A stretch of 64,000 nucleotides of DNA from an uncultured Gemmatimonadaceae bacterium. GTDB lineage: Bacteria > Gemmatimonadota > Gemmatimonadetes > Gemmatimonadales > GWC2-71-9. Where the stretch lies: NCBI GenBank assembly GCA_964574295.1, contig CAZNLY010000006.1:48805-112804 (forward strand). Reading direction: 5' to 3'. The first letter of the stretch is position 1. Every line of letters begins with the position of its first letter. The notes below the pieces were generated by a model. That model had not been told where the DNA came from. It made no database searches and worked only from the letters and a program-made list of their open reading frames with translations. Below are positions 9,712-17,689 of this stretch, one piece after another. The translations under genes and the position numbers were made by a program.

Positions 9712-11145
9712 TCAGGCCGTGTGCCGACGAATCCAGCGGGCCGCCGCCTCCTGCATCAGCCGCTGGCGATGCCAAGCCACCAGCACCGGGGCCGTGCCCG
9801 GCAGCTGGGCCCCGAGCCGCGGGTGCGCGAAGAGCACCATCAGGTCGGCACCTGCCGCCTGGCCCAGCGCCGCGAGCGACGCGGCCCCAAAACCCGACCG
9901 CCCCTTCGACGCCCTCGGCTCCGCGAACGCCAGCACCACCCGGCTCCCCCCCTTCCCCAGCGGCACGCCGGCGGCGCGCAGCGCCTTCTCCGTCCAATCG
10001 TTCGGCGAGGCGGGCCAGGCGCCGCCCTGGTCATCGTCCACCACGATGAGCTCGATCGGAGCGCGGAGGCGGGCCTCACCCCCCGGCCCCCTCTGCGACT
10101 CGTCCACCTCACCCCCTGGCCCCCTCTCCGTGAAACGGAGAGGGGGAATGACCTCACCTCCTGTCCCCCTCTCCGCACGGCGGAGAGGGGGGACTGCTGC
10201 GAGGGTCCGCTGATAGCGCGCAACGGCGTCCGCGATCAGCGCCTCGGTCAACAAACCGCTGCGTAGCGCCTCGACGATCGCCCCGTGCTCCGCGACGGGA
10301 TCCGCCGGATAGCAGAGCACGTCGCATCCCGCCGCGAGGGCGCGGACGGCCGGCAGCGGTCCCGGCGCCCGGACGGCCGCGCCCATCATGAGCGCGTCGG
10401 TCACGATCAGGCCGTCGAAGCCGAGGTCGTGGCGGAGCGTGCGGAGGATCGGGGCCGAGAAGGTGGCCGGCGTGCCGCTGGGGTCGAGCGCCGGCACGCT
10501 CAGGTGCCCGGTCATGACCGCCGCCACGCCCGCCTCGATGCCCTGGCGGAAGGGGACGAGGTCCGTTGCCTCCAAGATTGCCGCGTCGGCCGCCACCACG
10601 GGGACCTCGTCGTGGCTGTCCCTCTTGGTGCGCCCGTGCCCCGGAAAGTGCTTGATGCAGGCCAGCGCCCCCGCGTGCTGGCAGGCCCGGACCCAGGTGG
10701 CCACGGCGCGGCCCACCGCGTCCGGGTCCGCCCCGAAGGACCTGGTCTGCACGATCGGGTTGTCGGGCTCGACGTCGAGGTCGGCGTCGGGGGCCAGCAC
10801 CCAGTTGATGCCGAGGGACCGCGCCTCGCGGGCCGTGGTGGCCGCGGCACATCGAATGGCGTCGGGATCGTGGAGGCTGGCGAGTGCCGCGGGCGGAGGA
10901 AACTCGGTGAGGCCGGGAAACTGCTGCCCGGCCCCGCGCTCAAGGTCGGCGGCGAGCAGGAGGGGGCGGCCCGCGCGGTCCACCAGCTCGGCGGTGAGCC
11001 GGGCCACCGCCTCGGGCCGGCCGCCGAAGAAGATGAATCCGCCCGCCCCGAACTCGAGCGCCGCGGCGATGGTGGCGGCCTCGTGTCCGAAGCCCGTGTC
11101 GTCCCGCCAGCGCAGCGCCGGCAGGAGGAGGCGGCCCGGGATCAC
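9712..11145 (-). CDS. nagZ: beta-N-acetylhexosaminidase NagZ (GH3) with C-terminal accessory domain
   Basis: GH3 blocks GGFIFFG, LLLAADLERGAGQQF, GINWVLAPDADLDVEPDNPIVQTRSFG, CIKHFPGHGRTKRDSHDE, GLIVTDALMMGA. Proposed start is GTG 11145, overlapping the anmK stop (GTGA). The upstream 84 aa of the track ORF is an R/G/P-rich run-on. Confidence 0.85.
   Translation of the reverse strand: MIPGRLLLPALRWRDDTGFGHEAATIAAALEFGAGGFIFFGGRPEAVARLTAELVDRAGRPLLLAADLERGAGQQFPGLTEFPPPAALASLHDPDAIRCAAATTAREARSLGINWVLAPDADLDVEPDNPIVQTRSFGADPDAVGRAVATWVRACQHAGALACIKHFPGHGRTKRDSHDEVPVVAADAAILEATDLVPFRQGIEAGVAAVMTGHLSVPALDPSGTPATFSAPILRTLRHDLGFDGLIVTDALMMGAAVRAPGPLPAVRALAAGCDVLCYPADPVAEHGAIVEALRSGLLTEALIADAVARYQRTLAAVPPLRRAERGTGGEVIPPLRFTERGPGGEVDESQRGPGGEARLRAPIELIVVDDDQGGAWPASPNDWTEKALRAAGVPLGKGGSRVVLAFAEPRASKGRSGFGAASLAALGQAAGADLMVLFAHPRLGAQLPGTAPVLVAWHRQRLMQEAAARWIRRHTA
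10073..10192. repeat. 120-nt double-hairpin repeat (family 2, copy F) embedded in frame in nagZ
   Basis: Same element and same orientation as 9591..9710. Hairpins CCCCCTCTCCG-tgaaa-CGGAGAGGGGG and CCCCCTCTCCG-cacgg-CGGAGAGGGGG. Translated in the nagZ frame as PPLRRAERGTGGEVIPPLRFTERGPGGEVDESQRGPGGEA. Confidence 0.75.
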
Positions 11146-12245
11146 GGTGGGGTGATGGAGCCGAGGACGCGAGGGCCGCGTGCCCCGGTGGCGGCGGGGA
11201 CGTTGCCCGGCTGACCGTGCAGCGTGAGGTACCCCAGGAGCGCGAAGGCCACCGCCTCCTTGGCGTCGCCGTCGAAGTAGAGCTCGTCGAAGCGCCGGAG
11301 CGTCCGGGGCGCCAGCCGCCGCGCGAGCGCCGCCATGAGGCCGGGGTGATGCACGCCGCCCCCCGAGGCCACGACCTCGACGGCGCCGGGCGCCCACCGG
11401 GCCACCGCGCCCGCCACGGTCCGGGCGGTCAGCTCCACCGCGGTGGCCACGCCGTCGGCGCCGGGGGCCCGGAGCGCCAGGGCCTGCGCGTACTGGGTGC
11501 CGAACTTCTCCCGGCCGGTGCTCTTGGGCGGGGGCGCGGAAAAGAAGGGGTCGGCGAGCAATTCGGCGAGCAGCGCCTCGTCCACCCGCCCACGCGCGGC
11601 GAGCAGCCCGTCCCGGTCCATGGCGAGCCCCGGATCGGCCAGGTGCGAGGTGGCGTCAATCAACGCCACCCCGGGGCCGGTGTCGAACGCCAGGGCCCCG
11701 GCCTCCCGCCCGCCGGCGGGGACGAGCGTCAGGTTGGCCATCCCACCGAGATTGAGCAGGACGCGGTCCCGGGCCTCGTCGGCAAAGAGGAGGAGGTCGG
11801 CCATCGGCACCAGCGGGGCGCCCTGGCCGCCCGCGGCCACGTCCCGCGCGCGGAAGCCGCTCACCACCCGGGTGCCGAACGCCTCCGCCAGCACCGCCGG
11901 CTCGCCCAGCTGCCAGGACACCAGCGGCGGCTCGTGCCAGACGGTCTGCCCGTGAAAGGCGATGCCGTCCAGCGCGTCGGGCCGCACTCCCGCCGCGTGG
12001 AGCACCGCCTGCACGGCGTCCACCGCCCACTCGGCGATCCGCACATGCAGCCGAGCCAGCGCCGGCGCGGCGGCCCGCCCCTCCAGCCCGGCCTTGAGTT
12101 CGGCGCGTTCCTCGTGGTCGTACGGCCGCGAGGCGAAGGCCACGAGCTCGGCGCGCGTGGGACCCTGGAACCGCACCAGCGCGGCGTCCATCCCGTCGAG
12201 CGAGGTGCCCGACATGAGCCCGACGATGAGCGAGGGCCGCTCCAT
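11142..12245 (-). CDS. anmK: anhydro-N-acetylmuramic acid kinase
   Basis: MERPSLIVGLMSGTSLDGMDAALV N-terminus, later LNLGGMANLT and VASGGGVHHPGLM. ATG 12245 shares one nt with the murQ stop (TGATG). Confidence 0.9.
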   Translation of the reverse strand: MERPSLIVGLMSGTSLDGMDAALVRFQGPTRAELVAFASRPYDHEERAELKAGLEGRAAAPALARLHVRIAEWAVDAVQAVLHAAGVRPDALDGIAFHGQTVWHEPPLVSWQLGEPAVLAEAFGTRVVSGFRARDVAAGGQGAPLVPMADLLLFADEARDRVLLNLGGMANLTLVPAGGREAGALAFDTGPGVALIDATSHLADPGLAMDRDGLLAARGRVDEALLAELLADPFFSAPPPKSTGREKFGTQYAQALALRAPGADGVATAVELTARTVAGAVARWAPGAVEVVASGGGVHHPGLMAALARRLAPRTLRRFDELYFDGDAKEAVAFALLGYLTLHGQPGNVPAATGARGPRVLGSITPP

Positions 12246-13159
12246 CAGTCGTGCGACACCGCGGGAGGATCGCCGAGGAGCACGCGGAGCCGACCGTGGG
12301 CCTCCACAAGCCGCCGCTCGGCGTCGGCGCGCGTGGTGCCGGTGCGCACCATCACGATGGCGGTCTTGACGCTGCCGCCAGCCGCCTCGAGCGCGGCCCG
12401 CGCCGCCGCCCGGTCCACCTGCCCCACCTCCATCACGATCCGCTCGCCGCGGTCCTGGAGCTTCTGGTTCCGCACCTGCAGGTCCACCATCAGGTTGCCG
12501 TAGGTCTTGCCGAGCCGCACCATGGCGCCTGTGGTGAGGATGTTCAGCACCAGCTTGGTGGCGGTGCCCGCCTTGAGGCGGGTGGACCCGGTCACCACCT
12601 CGGGGCCGACCGGCACCGTGATGCAGTCGTCGCAGGTGTCGCTGAGCACCTGCGGCGGTTCGGTGCAGCTCAGGAACACCGTGCGGGCCCCGAGCGCCTG
12701 GGCCCGGCCGAGGGCGGCGCGGACAAACGGCGTGGTGCCGCTGGCGGCGATCCCGACCACGACATCGTGCTCGCCGACGCGACGCTCGTCCATGGCGCCG
12801 ATGCCGGCGTTGAGGTCGTCCTCCGCGCCCTCGATCGACTTGACCAGCGCCGGCAGGCCCCCGGCGATGATCCCCTGCACCATCTCGGGGGGGGAACCGA
12901 AGGTCGGCGGGCACTCCGAGGCGTCGAGCACGCCGAGCCGGCCGCTGGTGCCGGCCCCCACATAGAAGAGCCGCCCCCCGGCGCGGAATGCCGCCTCAAT
13001 GAGGTCGATGGTCCGGGCGATCGGTTCGCGCGCGGCGGCCACGGCGGCGGGCACGCGGGCGTCCTCGCCGGCCATGAGGTCCACGAGTTCGAGGCTGGAG
13101 GCGGTGTCGATGGCCGTGCTGCTCGGGTTGCGCCGCTCGGTGAGCCTGGGGTCGCGCAC
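12245..13159 (-). CDS. murQ: N-acetylmuramic acid 6-phosphate etherase
   Basis: SIS-domain signature GGRLFYVGAGTSGRLGVLDASECPPTFG, VVGIAASGTTPFV, STRLKAGTATKLVLN. GTG start at 13159. Confidence 0.9.
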   Translation of the reverse strand: MRDPRLTERRNPSSTAIDTASSLELVDLMAGEDARVPAAVAAAREPIARTIDLIEAAFRAGGRLFYVGAGTSGRLGVLDASECPPTFGSPPEMVQGIIAGGLPALVKSIEGAEDDLNAGIGAMDERRVGEHDVVVGIAASGTTPFVRAALGRAQALGARTVFLSCTEPPQVLSDTCDDCITVPVGPEVVTGSTRLKAGTATKLVLNILTTGAMVRLGKTYGNLMVDLQVRNQKLQDRGERIVMEVGQVDRAAARAALEAAGGSVKTAIVMVRTGTTRADAERRLVEAHGRLRVLLGDPPAVSHD

Positions 13160-13191
13160 GGGAGCACCTGGCCTGGGGTGGGGGAGCGGGC

Positions 13192-13243
13192 TTGCCGCCG
13201 GGAAGATTTGGATAAATTAGGGCGCCCCGTCGCGTCGGGGCAA
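13192..13243. promoter_or_regulatory. AT-rich island in the murQ/ggt divergent intergenic region with candidate -10/-35 hexamers on both strands
   Basis: Minus strand: TTGCCC (13243-13238), 18 nt, TAATTT (13219-13214). Plus strand: TTGCCG (13192-13197), 15 nt, TAAATT. These are hexamer matches only. Confidence 0.25.
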
Positions 13244-13275
13244 CCTCCCACCACCACCCTCGCCCGAGGATTCCC

Positions 13276-14982
13276 GTGCGCCCACTCGCCCCCGCCGCCG
13301 CGCTGGTGTTGTCGCTCTCCGCCTGCGCCGGGCCCGCGCCCTCGGGCGTGGCCGACGGATGGAAGTTTGCCGGCAAGGCGATCGTCACCGACGCACCGAC
13401 GGCGGTCGTCGTCTCGGGCAGCCCGATTGCCAGCCGGGTCGGCCGAGACATCCTCCAGGCCGGCGGCAACGCGGTGGACGCCGCGGTGGCGGTCGGCTTT
13501 GCGCTGGCGGTGGTGCACCCTGAGGCCGGCAACATCGGCGGCGGCGGGTTCATGCTCTACCGTGAGGCCGGCGGCGCCGTGTACGCTCTCGACTACCGCG
13601 AGATGGCCCCCTCCGGCGCCTCGCGCGACATGTACCTCGAGCCCGACGGCGACCCGAACGACCTGAGCGTGACCGGCGCGCTGGCCGCGGCGGTGCCGGG
13701 GTCGGTGGCCGGCCTCATCGAGGCCCACCGCCGGTTCGGGCGGCTGCCCTTTGCCGACGTGATCAACCCCGCGATTGCGCTCGCCAACGACGGCTTCCTG
13801 GTGGACGAGTACCGCACCGAGTCGATCGGCGACGAGATGTCGCGCCTCTACCTCTTCCCCGCCTCCCGGGCCCAGTTCCTCCCCGGCGGTCACCCGCCGC
13901 AACCCGGCACCACGTTCGTGCAGCGCGACCTGGGCCGCACCCTTGAACTCATCCGGGACAAGGGCGCCGCCGGCTTCTACACCGGGCGCACCGCCGACCT
14001 CATCGTGGCGGAGATGGAGCGGAGCGGCGGGCTGATTACCCACGCCGACCTGGCCAACTACAAGGCGTACTGGCGCGACCCGATCCTCCTGACCTACCGC
14101 GGCGACACCATCTACTCGATGCCGCCGGCCAGCTCCGGCGGGACGACGATGGGGATGATCCTCAATATCATGGAGGGATACTCCCCCCTGCCGCCCTTCG
14201 GCTCGGCGGAGCTCATGCACCTCGAGTCGGAGGCGATGGCCCGCGCCTTCATGGACCGGAACGCCTACCTCGGCGACCCGGGATTCGTCCACAACCCGGT
14301 CGAGCAGCTGCTCTCCAAGCAGTACGCCGCCGAGCGGCGGGCCACCATCAACCCGAAGCGTGCCACGCCCCCCGAGGAGCTGCGGCCCGGCCTCAAGGAC
14401 GGCCCCTCCACCACGCACTATTCCATCGTGGACGGTGAGGGCAACGCCGTCAGCATCACCACCACGCTCAACAACAGCTACGGCAGCGGGGTGACGGTGG
14501 CGGGCGCCGGCTTTCTCCTCAACGACGAGATGGACGACCTGGCCTCGGCCCCCGGCCGGCCCAACATGTACGGCCTGGTGCAGGGCGACTCCAACGCCAT
14601 CCAGCCCGGCAAGCGCCCCCTCTCCGCCATGACGCCGAGCATGGTGGTGGGCCCCGACGGCCAGCTCCGGCTGGTGGTGGGCACGCCGGGCGGGCCCCGC
14701 ATCATCACGATGGTCTACCACGTGATCAGCAACATCCTCGACCACGGGATGACACTCCCGGAGGCGGTCACCGCGCCGCGGCTCCACGACCAGGGACTCC
14801 CCGACGTGGTCCGCATCGAGCGCGGCGGATTCCAGCCCGCGGTCATCCAGGCGCTGGAGCGGATGGGGCACACCGTGAACGAGGGGGGCTACACCGGAGA
14901 CATCGAGGCGATCATCCGGACCCCCACCGGATGGCAGGGGGTCAGCGATCCGCGGCTGGGCGGGGGGGGCGCGGGGTACTAG
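13276..14982 (+). CDS. ggt: gamma-glutamyltransferase
   Basis: GTG start 5 nt after GAGGA. Lipoprotein-like signal LSLSAC. GNIGGGGFMLY and the autoprocessing-site region GPSTTHYSIVDGEGNAVSITTTLN. Confidence 0.9.
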   Translation: MRPLAPAAALVLSLSACAGPAPSGVADGWKFAGKAIVTDAPTAVVVSGSPIASRVGRDILQAGGNAVDAAVAVGFALAVVHPEAGNIGGGGFMLYREAGGAVYALDYREMAPSGASRDMYLEPDGDPNDLSVTGALAAAVPGSVAGLIEAHRRFGRLPFADVINPAIALANDGFLVDEYRTESIGDEMSRLYLFPASRAQFLPGGHPPQPGTTFVQRDLGRTLELIRDKGAAGFYTGRTADLIVAEMERSGGLITHADLANYKAYWRDPILLTYRGDTIYSMPPASSGGTTMGMILNIMEGYSPLPPFGSAELMHLESEAMARAFMDRNAYLGDPGFVHNPVEQLLSKQYAAERRATINPKRATPPEELRPGLKDGPSTTHYSIVDGEGNAVSITTTLNNSYGSGVTVAGAGFLLNDEMDDLASAPGRPNMYGLVQGDSNAIQPGKRPLSAMTPSMVVGPDGQLRLVVGTPGGPRIITMVYHVISNILDHGMTLPEAVTAPRLHDQGLPDVVRIERGGFQPAVIQALERMGHTVNEGGYTGDIEAIIRTPTGWQGVSDPRLGGGGAGY

Positions 14983-16775
14983 GGCGACGGCTCCCGCGAT
15001 CGCTCCGCGGCCACCCACCGGTTGATCCTGGTCTGGAGGAGTGGCAGGGGAACGGCGCCGTCCTGCAGCACCTGGTCATGAAACGCCCTGATGTCGAACC
15101 TCGGCCCAAGGGTGCTCTCCGCCTGGGTCCTGAGCCGGCGAATCTCCAGCATGCCCAGCATGTAGGAGGTGGCCTGCCCCGGCCAGGTGATGTAGCGGTC
15201 GATCTCGGAGGCGGCCTCGCCCTGGATGACGGTCGTGTGTGACGCCAGGTAGTCGATGGCCTGTTCCCGGGTCCAGCCCTTGGTGTGCAGTCCCGGGTCG
15301 ATCACCAGCCGTGCGGCCCGCCAGGCCTGCTCCGAGAGCATCCCCATCCGGTCGAGGTCGCTGGAGTAGAGTCCCATCTCGTCCGCCAACCGTTCAGCGT
15401 ACAGCCCCCACCCCTCCGAGAACCCGCTGTTCCCCAGGTACCGCATCAGCTGGTGGTTCTCGCCCTGCTGCTCTCGCGCGATCGTGATCTGGAGGTGGTG
15501 CCCGGGAATCGTCTCGTGGAAGGCCACCGCCTGCGGACCGGCGCGGCTCCGCTGTTCGGGGTGGTAGGTGCTGATGAAGAAGGTGCCCGGCCGGCTGCCG
15601 TCCTCTGCGGCACTGGCGTACTCACCCACCGCGGACGTCTCCCGGAAGCTCGGGACCGGCTCGATCGTCACCTTGGCCTTGGGAAGCACCCCGAACCACT
15701 GGGGCATCACCGCCCACGCCCGGTCCACCGCGTCGCGGGAGTACGCCATGATCTCGGCCCGCGTCGTGAACATGTACCTGGGGTCGGTCTTGAACTGCCG
15801 CAACAGCCCGGGCACGTCGGAGGTCCCGAAACTCCGCTCCGCGATTACCTGCATCTCTCGCTCGATGAGCGCCATCTGGGCAAGGCCCAGGTTGTAGAGC
15901 GAGTCCGGCGAGATGTCCACCGTGCTCCAGGCCCGCACGCTGGCCCGGTAGCAGGCGGCGCCGTTGGGAAGCGCGGAGATGGCGAAGGTCTCGCGCGCCG
16001 CCGGCAGGTAGGTGTCGCGGAGGAAGTCGCGGTAGCGCGCCAGCGCCGGGTTGATGCTGTCCGCCACGAGGGCCCGGAATGCCGCGGCGAAGGCGGGAGA
16101 CGAGTCTCGGGCCGCGGGCGAATAGAACTCCGAGCTGTCGGGCGGCGGCGCGAGCAGGCGGTCGAGCTGGCCGATGACCAGCCGGACCGTTCCCTTCGGC
16201 GCCGAATACCCCAGCCGGAGCCCCTCGCGAAGGCTCTCGATCTCCACGTCGACATACCGTGGCACCTGCCGCCAGCGCACCAGCGCCTGGCCCCGAAGGC
16301 TGTCGGACCCGACCGGCTGGATGCTGGCGAGGTACGGCAGGGAGGTCTGCCACCCTCCCATCTGGTCCACCGCCCACAGTTCGTCGCGGCACACCCGGTT
16401 CTGCACCCCGGCCTCGAACATCTCCTTCAACGAGCCATAGAGCGCCCACTCGGGCCGGCCCAGCAGGGAGTCGCCGACGACCGGCGCCAGCTCTGCCAGC
16501 CAGCGGTCATCCTCGGCCTCATGGCGGCGCATGGTCGCGATCGAATTGTCGTGGAGGCCGTCGTGCGTCGCGCCGGCGATCCCGATGTAGGTCTTGCTCT
16601 CCGGGTAGCGCGAGAAGATGGCCGCGAGCGCGCTGTCCGCGATCGCGCGGACGAGCGCCGCCGACGCCTCGCCCGACAGGGGCGGAGGCGTGCGGTCACG
16701 GCCGGAGCAGGCGCAGAAGAGGAGGAGTGCACCCGCGAGGCATTGCGGGTGCCTGAGGGACAGGGATGGTGCCAT
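14979..16775 (-). CDS. DUF885-family protein (lipoprotein signal)
   Basis: Start at internal ATG 16775 gives MAPSLSLRHPQCLAGALLLFCACSG. HETIPGHHLQ and GFSEGWGLYAE blocks are typical of DUF885. Confidence 0.7.
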   Translation of the reverse strand: MAPSLSLRHPQCLAGALLLFCACSGRDRTPPPLSGEASAALVRAIADSALAAIFSRYPESKTYIGIAGATHDGLHDNSIATMRRHEAEDDRWLAELAPVVGDSLLGRPEWALYGSLKEMFEAGVQNRVCRDELWAVDQMGGWQTSLPYLASIQPVGSDSLRGQALVRWRQVPRYVDVEIESLREGLRLGYSAPKGTVRLVIGQLDRLLAPPPDSSEFYSPAARDSSPAFAAAFRALVADSINPALARYRDFLRDTYLPAARETFAISALPNGAACYRASVRAWSTVDISPDSLYNLGLAQMALIEREMQVIAERSFGTSDVPGLLRQFKTDPRYMFTTRAEIMAYSRDAVDRAWAVMPQWFGVLPKAKVTIEPVPSFRETSAVGEYASAAEDGSRPGTFFISTYHPEQRSRAGPQAVAFHETIPGHHLQITIAREQQGENHQLMRYLGNSGFSEGWGLYAERLADEMGLYSSDLDRMGMLSEQAWRAARLVIDPGLHTKGWTREQAIDYLASHTTVIQGEAASEIDRYITWPGQATSYMLGMLEIRRLRTQAESTLGPRFDIRAFHDQVLQDGAVPLPLLQTRINRWVAAERSREPSP

Positions 16776-16835
16776 CGGCGTACCCCCCGGAGTTGGCGCC
16801 AATCTGCCGGCCAATCCGGGGGGCCGCAAGCAGCC

Positions 16836-17606
16836 CTACTTCGCGGTGAACGCCTCCGACAGCGTCATCGTCACCGCGGCGCCCGGCAGGATGGTGATGT
16901 CCTGGTCGCCGGTCTCGTTGGCCACTGCGGCGCCAGCAGCCGCACCCGCCACGCCCCCGACCACGGTGCCGGTGGTGTTCTTCCCGATGGCCTGGCCGAG
17001 CAGGGCGCCCGCGGCGGCGCCGGCTCCGACCTTCGCCACCGTCCCGCCCGTGATGCCCCGCCCCTTGAGCGTGTAGTCGAGGTGGTCCACGGTCCCGCTG
17101 ATCGGATAGCTGGTGCCGTTGATGGAGACGGAGGTGACCGAGGCCGCGAAGGTCTCCTTCCCTCCCTTGCTCGCCGCCGACTTGAACTGAGTCAGGGTGA
17201 TCGTCACTACTGACCCGGCGGGGATGACCACCCGGCCGTCCGCCGCCTTCACGTCGGCGCCGACGGTGGCCTTCATCGTCCCGCCCGACTTGGTGGTCCG
17301 CGAGCTCACGCTGTCGTTGGCGGCGGCGGCAAAGGTGGTGCCGGCGGCCAGCGACGGCGCCGGCTTGGGCGCCGGCGGCTTGGGCTTGGGCGCCGGTGCC
17401 GGGGCGGGCTTGGGAGCCTGGGCCGGGGGCGGCGTCGGGGTGGCCGCCGGCGCGGTGGCCGTATCGTTCAGGGCGGCCGTCGTGTCCTGCTGGGCCAGCT
17501 GGAGGTCGCGGCTCAGGCTGTCGGCCGTCGCGGCGCCCTTGTCGCCGCCGCCACCACCACAGGCGGCCAGGCCAAGGACACAGAGGGAAGTCAGAAGGGT
17601 GCGCAT
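16836..17606 (-). CDS. lipoprotein with Pro/Ala-rich linker and C-terminal glycine-zipper segment
   Basis: AGGAGA SD then ATG 17606. MRTLLTSLCVLGLAACGG lipobox. C-terminal GGTVAKVGAGAAAGALLGQAIGKNTTGTVVGGVAGAAAGAAVA. Confidence 0.65.
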   Translation of the reverse strand: MRTLLTSLCVLGLAACGGGGGDKGAATADSLSRDLQLAQQDTTAALNDTATAPAATPTPPPAQAPKPAPAPAPKPKPPAPKPAPSLAAGTTFAAAANDSVSSRTTKSGGTMKATVGADVKAADGRVVIPAGSVVTITLTQFKSAASKGGKETFAASVTSVSINGTSYPISGTVDHLDYTLKGRGITGGTVAKVGAGAAAGALLGQAIGKNTTGTVVGGVAGAAAGAAVANETGDQDITILPGAAVTMTLSEAFTAK

Positions 17607-17689
17607 CGGGAGTCTCCTGTCAGGGCAACTTGCCGGACACCTCGGCGCCCGGCGACATTTCCGAACATGATGCACGGAAATATAGGAAC

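Noticed and set aside
10073-10192. Possibility that the repeat splits nagZ into two genes or makes it a pseudogene.
   Set aside because: The reading frame is continuous through the element (exactly 40 codons, no stop). The downstream 120 aa look like a genuine GH3-type accessory domain. I kept it as one CDS and flagged it as a finding.
9591-10192. Autonomous mobile element (IS or transposon) carrying either repeat family.
   Set aside because: No transposase, integrase or recombinase ORF is recognisable anywhere in the window, and no obvious target-site duplications were seen. At most these are non-autonomous MITE/REP-like elements.
9712-11397. The longest-ORF start of nagZ (561 aa), and likewise of anmK (11142..12914) and other track ORFs with long N-terminal run-ons.
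   Set aside because: The extra N-terminal parts are Arg/Gly/Pro-rich and overlap the C-terminus of the upstream gene. Internal starts that overlap the upstream stop (GTGA, TGATG) give normal-length proteins.
17607-17689. Leaderless-type promoter (TTCCGA-N16-TATAGG ending 3 nt before ATG 17690) for the ABC exporter.
   Set aside because: It is a hexamer match only, with a poor -35. It could equally be chance in the only slightly AT-richer stretch of that intergenic region.
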